DNA of 64,000 nucleotides from an uncultured Clostridia bacterium (GTDB lineage Bacteria; Bacillota; Clostridia; TANB77; CAG-508): NCBI GenBank assembly GCA_947623285.1, contig CANQGP010000005.1, positions 68,757 to 132,756 of the forward strand, read 5' to 3'. Shown piece by piece: positions 59,714 to 64,000 of this stretch (position 1 is its first letter; each line of letters starts with the position of its first letter). The notes under the pieces were generated by a model. It saw only the letters and a program-made list of their open reading frames with translations, ran no database searches and was not told where the DNA came from. The position numbers and the translations under genes were made by a program.

Positions 59714-59788
59714 TGGCTGGGGTACTAGGATTCGAACCTAGGAATGTCGGAGTCAGAGTCCGATGCCTTACCACTTGGCGATACCCCA
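59714..59788 (-). tRNA. tRNA-Gln (anticodon CUG), CCA encoded
   Basis: Reverse complement: TGGGGTATCGCCAAGTGGTAAGGCATCGGACTCTGACTCCGACATTCCTAGGTTCGAATCCTAGTACCCCAGCCA. Anticodon arm TCGGA-CTCTGAC-TCCGA. Confidence 0.88.
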
Positions 59789-59853
59789 ATATTGCCATTT
59801 GTATTATATCAAAAATACATAACTAAATTCAATACTTTAAGCATAAAAAGCAT

Positions 59854-59939
59854 AAAAAAAGAGATATTTTTTTGTTCTTTCCAAATATACATTTTCATTT
59901 TGTATTTGTTTTTGAAAGAATAACTTATTTCTATCTCTT
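59854..59939 (-). terminator. long compound hairpin downstream of rplT (operon terminator candidate)
   Basis: Outer stem AAGAGATA/TATCTCTT, middle stem GTTCTTTC/GAAAGAA-AAC, inner stem CAAATA-CA/TGTATTTG. A T tract follows on the minus strand. Confidence 0.45.
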
Positions 59940-59955
59940 ATTTTCATATTCAGTT

Positions 59956-60306
59956 TTATGCATTTTTTGCAATTTTAGCTATTTCAGCAAATGCTTTTTC
60001 ATCTGTAACAGCTATTTCAGCTAACATTTTTCTATTTATTGTTACATTAGCTTTCTTTAATCCTGCAATTAATCTGCTATATGTTAAACCATTCATTCTA
60101 GCTGCTGCATTTATTCTTGCTATCCATAATTTTCTAAAATTACTTTTTTTATCTTTTCTTCCAACATATGCATATGCTAAAGATTTCATTACTGCTTGGT
60201 TAGCCATTCTAAAACGATAGTGTTTTGCTCCATAATAACCTTTTGCTTGTTTTAATATTTTTTTATGTCTTGCTCTTGTTGTTCTTGCTGTTTTTACTCT
60301 TGCCAT
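59956..60306 (-). CDS. rplT: 50S ribosomal protein L20
   Basis: [29 protein letters not shown]... Confidence 0.96.
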   Translation of the reverse strand: MARVKTARTTRARHKKILKQAKGYYGAKHYRFRMANQAVMKSLAYAYVGRKDKKSNFRKLWIARINAAARMNGLTYSRLIAGLKKANVTINRKMLAEIAVTDEKAFAEIAKIAKNA

Positions 60307-60341
60307 TTATATCACCTTCCTTATTCCTATATTCGTTGTTT

Positions 60342-60542
60342 TTAGTTACCATATGGTAATAATTTTTTAATAGTATTTTCACATGATTTATCTGCGTAAG
60401 TACTTTGTTTTCTATCTGATTTTTGTCTTTTTGTTTTTGTTGCTAGTCTATGTCTTCCATTTGCTGTTGTTCTTTTAACTTTTCCTTTAGCTGTTAATCC
60501 ATATCTTTTGCTAGCAGCTTTATTTGTTTTCAATTTAGGCAT
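60342..60542 (-). CDS. rpmI: 50S ribosomal protein L35
   Basis: MPKLKTNKAASKRYGLTAKGKVKR...; sits between infC and rplT. Confidence 0.9.
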   Translation of the reverse strand: MPKLKTNKAASKRYGLTAKGKVKRTTANGRHRLATKTKRQKSDRKQSTYADKSCENTIKKLLPYGN

Positions 60543-60586
60543 GAGACCTCTCTCCTTTCGTTTTAAGTAAATTATATTTATGCAGA

Positions 60587-61102
60587 TTATTTTTCTGCTT
60601 TTTTAGCTAATATTATAAACATATTTCTACCTTCTAGCTTAGGTTTTCTTTCTACTTGAGCTATATCTTCTAAGGCTTCAACAAACTTATTAAGTATAAC
60701 TTCTCCTGCTTGAGAATTGTTTACCTCTCTACCTCTAAAGCGTACTGTGATTTTTACTTTATTTCCATCTGTAATAAATTTTCTTATATTTTTAGCTTTA
60801 AAGTCAAAATCATGTTTTTCAATATTTGGTGTTATTCTAATTTCTTTTAATTCTAACACTTTTTGTTTTTTCTTTGCTTCTTTTTCTCTTTTTGCTTGCT
60901 CAAACTTATATTTTCCATAGTTCATAATTTTACAAACTGGTGGATTTGAGTTTGGAGCAACTAATACTAAGTCTAGGTTTTTATCTTCTGCTTTTTCTAA
61001 CGCTTCACTCAATGGAAGTACTCCTAATTTTTCGCCGTTCTCACTAATTAATTGCACTTCCTTTGCTCTAATTTGTCTGTTTGTTGGTAATTCTTGTTTT
61101 AT
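60587..61102 (-). CDS. infC: translation initiation factor IF-3, with a non-canonical ATA start
   Basis: The frame stays open upstream of the track GTG and reads IKQELPTNRQIRAKEVQLISENGE, a typical IF-3 N-terminus. ATA (complement of 61100-61102) lies 7 nt after GGAGGTG. There is no in-frame ATG/GTG/TTG with an RBS. Confidence 0.9.
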   Translation of the reverse strand: MKQELPTNRQIRAKEVQLISENGEKLGVLPLSEALEKAEDKNLDLVLVAPNSNPPVCKIMNYGKYKFEQAKREKEAKKKQKVLELKEIRITPNIEKHDFDFKAKNIRKFITDGNKVKITVRFRGREVNNSQAGEVILNKFVEALEDIAQVERKPKLEGRNMFIILAKKAEK

Positions 61103-61270
61103 TTCAAAACACCTCCATTATTATTTCTGCTTTTTCAAGCATAAAAAAATTGACTTTTGTTACAAGTCAATTAAGCAAATAAATTTTATATTTATATATA
61201 TAATTTATTTAGTTTTCTTACCTTTTTCCTCAATTAGATAAGGTGAGAAGCTTTGCTTCTTCTTGTAACG
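61103..61270 (-). promoter_or_regulatory. infC-rpmI-rplT leader with attenuator terminator (L20-leader-like)
   Basis: ~168-nt leader. It has a GAAGAAGC-AA-GCTTCTC hairpin and the intrinsic terminator TTGACTT-N7-AAGTCAA + TTTTTTT (61143-61170), ~40 nt before the start codon. Confidence 0.5.
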
Positions 61271-61276
61271 TTATGT

Positions 61277-61305
61277 ATTATACTATATTATTGTACTTGT
61301 GTCAA
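61277..61305 (-). promoter_or_regulatory. infC operon sigma-A promoter
   Basis: Minus strand: TTGACA - 17 nt - TATAAT (both hexamers match the consensus). Confidence 0.6.
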
Positions 61306-61367
61306 GTATTTAGCATAAAATATTCACTTTATCTAATTTTCAAAACAAGCAATAGTTATCTTAAGGT

Positions 61368-61443
61368 TGGGGCCACAAGGCGGAATTGAACCGCCGACCT
61401 ACAGGTTACGAATCTGTTGCTCTACCAACTGAGCTATTGTGGC
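61368..61443 (-). tRNA. tRNA-Thr (anticodon CGU), CCA encoded
   Basis: Reverse complement: GCCACAATAGCTCAGTTGGTAGAGCAACAGATTCGTAACCTGTAGGTCGGCGGTTCAATTCCGCCTTGTGGCCCCA. Anticodon loop TTCGTAA. One A31-C39 mismatch closes the loop. Confidence 0.85.
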
Positions 61444-61534
61444 ACATCTATTTCATTGTACTATATTTTTAATAGTTTTACAAGTACTTAATTAGCTCAA
61501 TTGTTAAAAAAACTTTAACAATTGAGCTTTTTGG

Positions 61535-63139
61535 TTACTTACTTTCTATTGCAGCTTTTACTAATCCCATAAATAATGGTGCTGGATTATCTGGTCTTGA
61601 TTTTAACTCTGGATGAAATTGACTTGCTATAAAATATGGATGTTTGCTTCTTTCTAATTCTACTATTTCTACTAGTTTTCCATCTGGTGATGTTCCTGAA
61701 CAAATTAATCCTACTTTTTCAAGTTTTTCTTTAAAACTATTGTTATATTCATATCTATGACGATGTCTTTCTGATATTTCTTCTTTGGCATATACCTCTC
61801 TTGCAAGTGTTCCTTCTTTTAGTGCACATGGATATGCTCCCAATCTCATTGTTCCACCTTTTTTGTCTATTCCAATTTGTTCATCCATTATGTGTATTAC
61901 AGGATTTTTTGTATCTTTATCAATTTCTGCTGAATGAGCATCTTTTAAATTTAATACATTCCTTGCAAATTCTACAACAGCCATTTGCATTCCTAAACAT
62001 ATTCCTAAAAATGGAATTTTATTTTCTCTGACATATCTAATTGTTTCGATTTTTCCATCTATTCCCCTATTTCCAAATCCTCCTGGCACAATAATTCCAT
62101 GCAAGCCTTTTAATTTTGTTCTCACATTTTCTTTTGTGATTTTTTCCGAATCTATTAATTTAACTTTTACATTAACATTATTTGCAAATCCTGCATGATA
62201 TAAACTTTCAATTACTGATATATATGCGTCTTCCAATTTTACATATTTTCCAACAATTCCAATATTAACTATATTTTTTTCTTCTATATTTCTTATCTTT
62301 TCAACCATTGCTTCCCAATCACTATTGTGTGGTACATATTTATCTAATTTCAAATGGTTGCATACTTCTCTAGCTAAACCTTCTTCTTCCAACATTAATG
62401 GTACAGCATACAAACAATCTGCTGTTTTATTCTGAATTACACTTGTTTTTCTTACATTACAAAATAGTGATAATTTTTCTCTTATTGTTTCTGGAATATC
62501 TTGTTCAGTTCTACACACTATTATATCTGGCTTTATTCCAAAGCTTTGCAATTCTTTTACTGAATGTTGTGTTGGTTTAGATTTTATTTCGTTTGAACCA
62601 AATATATATGGTAATAAAGTTACATGAATATAAAGTACATCTTCAGGATTTTTTTCCAGCCCAACTTGTCTAATTGCTTCTATTATTGAAAGACCTTCAA
62701 TATCTCCTACTGTTCCTCCAATTTCTGTTATTACTATATCTGCATCTTTGAAGCTATATATTTTTTCTTTTATTTCGTTGGTTATATGAGGTATTACTTG
62801 TACTGTTTTACCAAGATAATCCCCTCTTCTTTCTTTCTCTATTACGTTTGAGTATATTTTTCCCATTGTAACACTAGAGTTTTGTGTTAAATTTTCATTT
62901 ATAAATCTTTCATAATGACCTAAATCTAAGTCTGTTTCAGCTCCATCATCTGTAACAAATACTTCTCCATGTTCAAATGGATTCATTGTACCTGGGTCTA
63001 CATTTATGTACGGATCAAACTTTTGTATAGTTACTTTGTATCCTCTATTTTTTAACAAACGCCCCAATGACGCTGCTGTTATTCCTTTTCCTAATCCTGA
63101 TACTACACCACCTGTTACAAAAATATACTTCGTATTCAT
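61535..63139 (-). CDS. pyrG: CTP synthase
   Basis: 534 aa: [19 protein letters not shown], and the GATase domain GICLGMQ. Confidence 0.96.
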   Translation of the reverse strand: MNTKYIFVTGGVVSGLGKGITAASLGRLLKNRGYKVTIQKFDPYINVDPGTMNPFEHGEVFVTDDGAETDLDLGHYERFINENLTQNSSVTMGKIYSNVIEKERRGDYLGKTVQVIPHITNEIKEKIYSFKDADIVITEIGGTVGDIEGLSIIEAIRQVGLEKNPEDVLYIHVTLLPYIFGSNEIKSKPTQHSVKELQSFGIKPDIIVCRTEQDIPETIREKLSLFCNVRKTSVIQNKTADCLYAVPLMLEEEGLAREVCNHLKLDKYVPHNSDWEAMVEKIRNIEEKNIVNIGIVGKYVKLEDAYISVIESLYHAGFANNVNVKVKLIDSEKITKENVRTKLKGLHGIIVPGGFGNRGIDGKIETIRYVRENKIPFLGICLGMQMAVVEFARNVLNLKDAHSAEIDKDTKNPVIHIMDEQIGIDKKGGTMRLGAYPCALKEGTLAREVYAKEEISERHRHRYEYNNSFKEKLEKVGLICSGTSPDGKLVEIVELERSKHPYFIASQFHPELKSRPDNPAPLFMGLVKAAIESK

Positions 63140-63262
63140 GTTTATATTCTCCTTTTATTAAATTATGAATAAATTATATAATATCAATTTAAAAATATCA
63201 ATGTTATATTTCTACTTTTTTTGGATATAATTTAATAAGTAAGTTTAGGAGGTAATTTTATT

Positions 63263-63451
63263 ATGGATATGAAAGATGTGAATAATATTTTAAACAATAA
63301 AGAAAAGCATGATATTTTTTATGATGATAGGCCTGTTTGGATTCAAGGTATAGATGCAAACAAAAATACTGCTAAAGTTGGCTTTGTTGATAATTTTGAA
63401 GAAAAAAATGTATTAATTGAAGATTTATATGAAAAAGATTTGTTTAATTAA
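63263..63451 (+). CDS. sspH: H-type small acid-soluble spore protein-like
   Basis: 62 aa: I.Y.DRPVWIQGID.NKNTAKVGF......NVLIEDLYE. This matches my recollection of the SspH family pattern. Strong AGGAGG RBS. Confidence 0.6.
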   Translation: MDMKDVNNILNNKEKHDIFYDDRPVWIQGIDANKNTAKVGFVDNFEEKNVLIEDLYEKDLFN

Positions 63452-63473
63452 AATTGCATAAAATAAGAACCTG

Positions 63474-63506
63474 ACCCACTTATGCAATCAAAGATTGCAA
63501 GTGGGT
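63474..63506. other. stable hairpin in the sspH / glyQS convergent spacer
   Basis: ACCCACTTATGCAATC-AAA-GATTGCAAGTGGGT (14 bp with a one-base bulge). Confidence 0.6.
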
Positions 63507-63539
63507 ACCCCAGAACCTTGTTGTCTTTGACAAAAATAT

Positions 63540-63574
63540 ACTATGCACTAATTAATGTGCATAGTCCTTTTTTA
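63540..63574. terminator. bidirectional terminator (sspH / glyQS)
   Basis: ACTATGCAC-N7-GTGCATAGT, followed by CCTTTTTT on the plus strand and ATATTTTT on the minus strand. Confidence 0.7.
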
Positions 63575-63633
63575 TTATACTATTTTTAGAATTATGTCAA
63601 TTAAAATTTGATTTTTTCTTGAAGCCCCTATAA

Positions 63634-64000
63634 TTAAAACTCAATTTTTTCTTGAATCCAAACCTCTAGTTCAGAAATTGGTAAACGAATTTGTTCCATT
63701 GTATCTCTATCACGAATTGTTACTGTGTCATCCTCCAATGTATCAAAATCAACTGTTATACAATAAGGTGTTCCTATTTCGTCTTCTCTTCTATAACGTT
63801 TTCCTATACTTCCTGCTTCATCATAATCACACATAAATTTTTTGCTTAATTTTTCATATACTTCATTTGCTTTATCAGATAATTTTTTAGATAATGGAAG
63901 TATTGCAACTTTATATGGTGCAATTGCAGGATGTAAATGTAATACCACTCTTGTATCTCCTTCTGCAATTGTTTCTTCGTCATATGCATTACATAAAAAT
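63634..64000 (-). CDS. glyQS: glycine--tRNA ligase (GlyQS type), C-terminal anticodon-binding part; the 5' end lies outside the window
   Basis: [18 protein letters not shown]...[25 protein letters not shown]...[11 protein letters not shown]. The frame is open to the window edge. Confidence 0.9.
   Translation of the reverse strand, partial: FLCNAYDEETIAEGDTRVVLHLHPAIAPYKVAILPLSKKLSDKANEVYEKLSKKFMCDYDEAGSIGKRYRREDEIGTPYCITVDFDTLEDDTVTIRDRDTMEQIRLPISELEVWIQEKIEF

Overview
Very AT-rich chromosomal segment of a spore-forming Firmicute (Clostridia-like: spoVS, ytfJ/ytfI, sspH-like and rubrerythrin are present). About 50 of roughly 56 genes lie on the minus strand. Most of the window is conserved housekeeping: acyl-CoA ligase (partial), mutS, miaB, rpmE, a D-Ala-D-Ala carboxypeptidase, ytfI-ytfJ, scpA, recA-recX, spoVS, ymdB, rny, ychF, thrS with a T-box leader, fmt, def, priA, rpoZ, remA, yicC, rubrerythrin, recG, tsaD, an M50 protease, lysS, infC-rpmI-rplT, pyrG and glyQS (partial). 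There are also four isolated tRNA genes: Thr-GGU, Leu-UAG, Gln-CUG and Thr-CGU. I saw no transposase, integrase, CRISPR array or recognisable defence genes. The outstanding element is one uninterrupted 18,066-nt ORF (9423-27488, minus strand) encoding a 6,021-aa protein. It has a signal peptide, a cohesin-like module, a two-helix membrane hairpin, a dockerin-like double EF-hand, a low-complexity linker and about 4,350 aa of diverged Ig-like modules. These modules are organised as a four-module super-repeat of about 400 aa, repeated about 11 times. The C-terminal region of about 1,150 aa carries HETLH and resembles M26 (ZmpB/IgA1-protease-type) zinc metalloproteases. Three smaller accessory items stand out. 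First, a 2.4-kb islet bracketed by two convergent tRNA genes carries two paralogous thioester-domain (TED) proteins that both stop one residue after an LPxTG motif. Second, there is a 124-aa LPDTG protein that is almost entirely T/N-rich spacer. Third, a pilin-like secreted protein is wedged between tRNA-Gln and lysS. All calls come from reading the sequence and the ORF translations; no database search was run.
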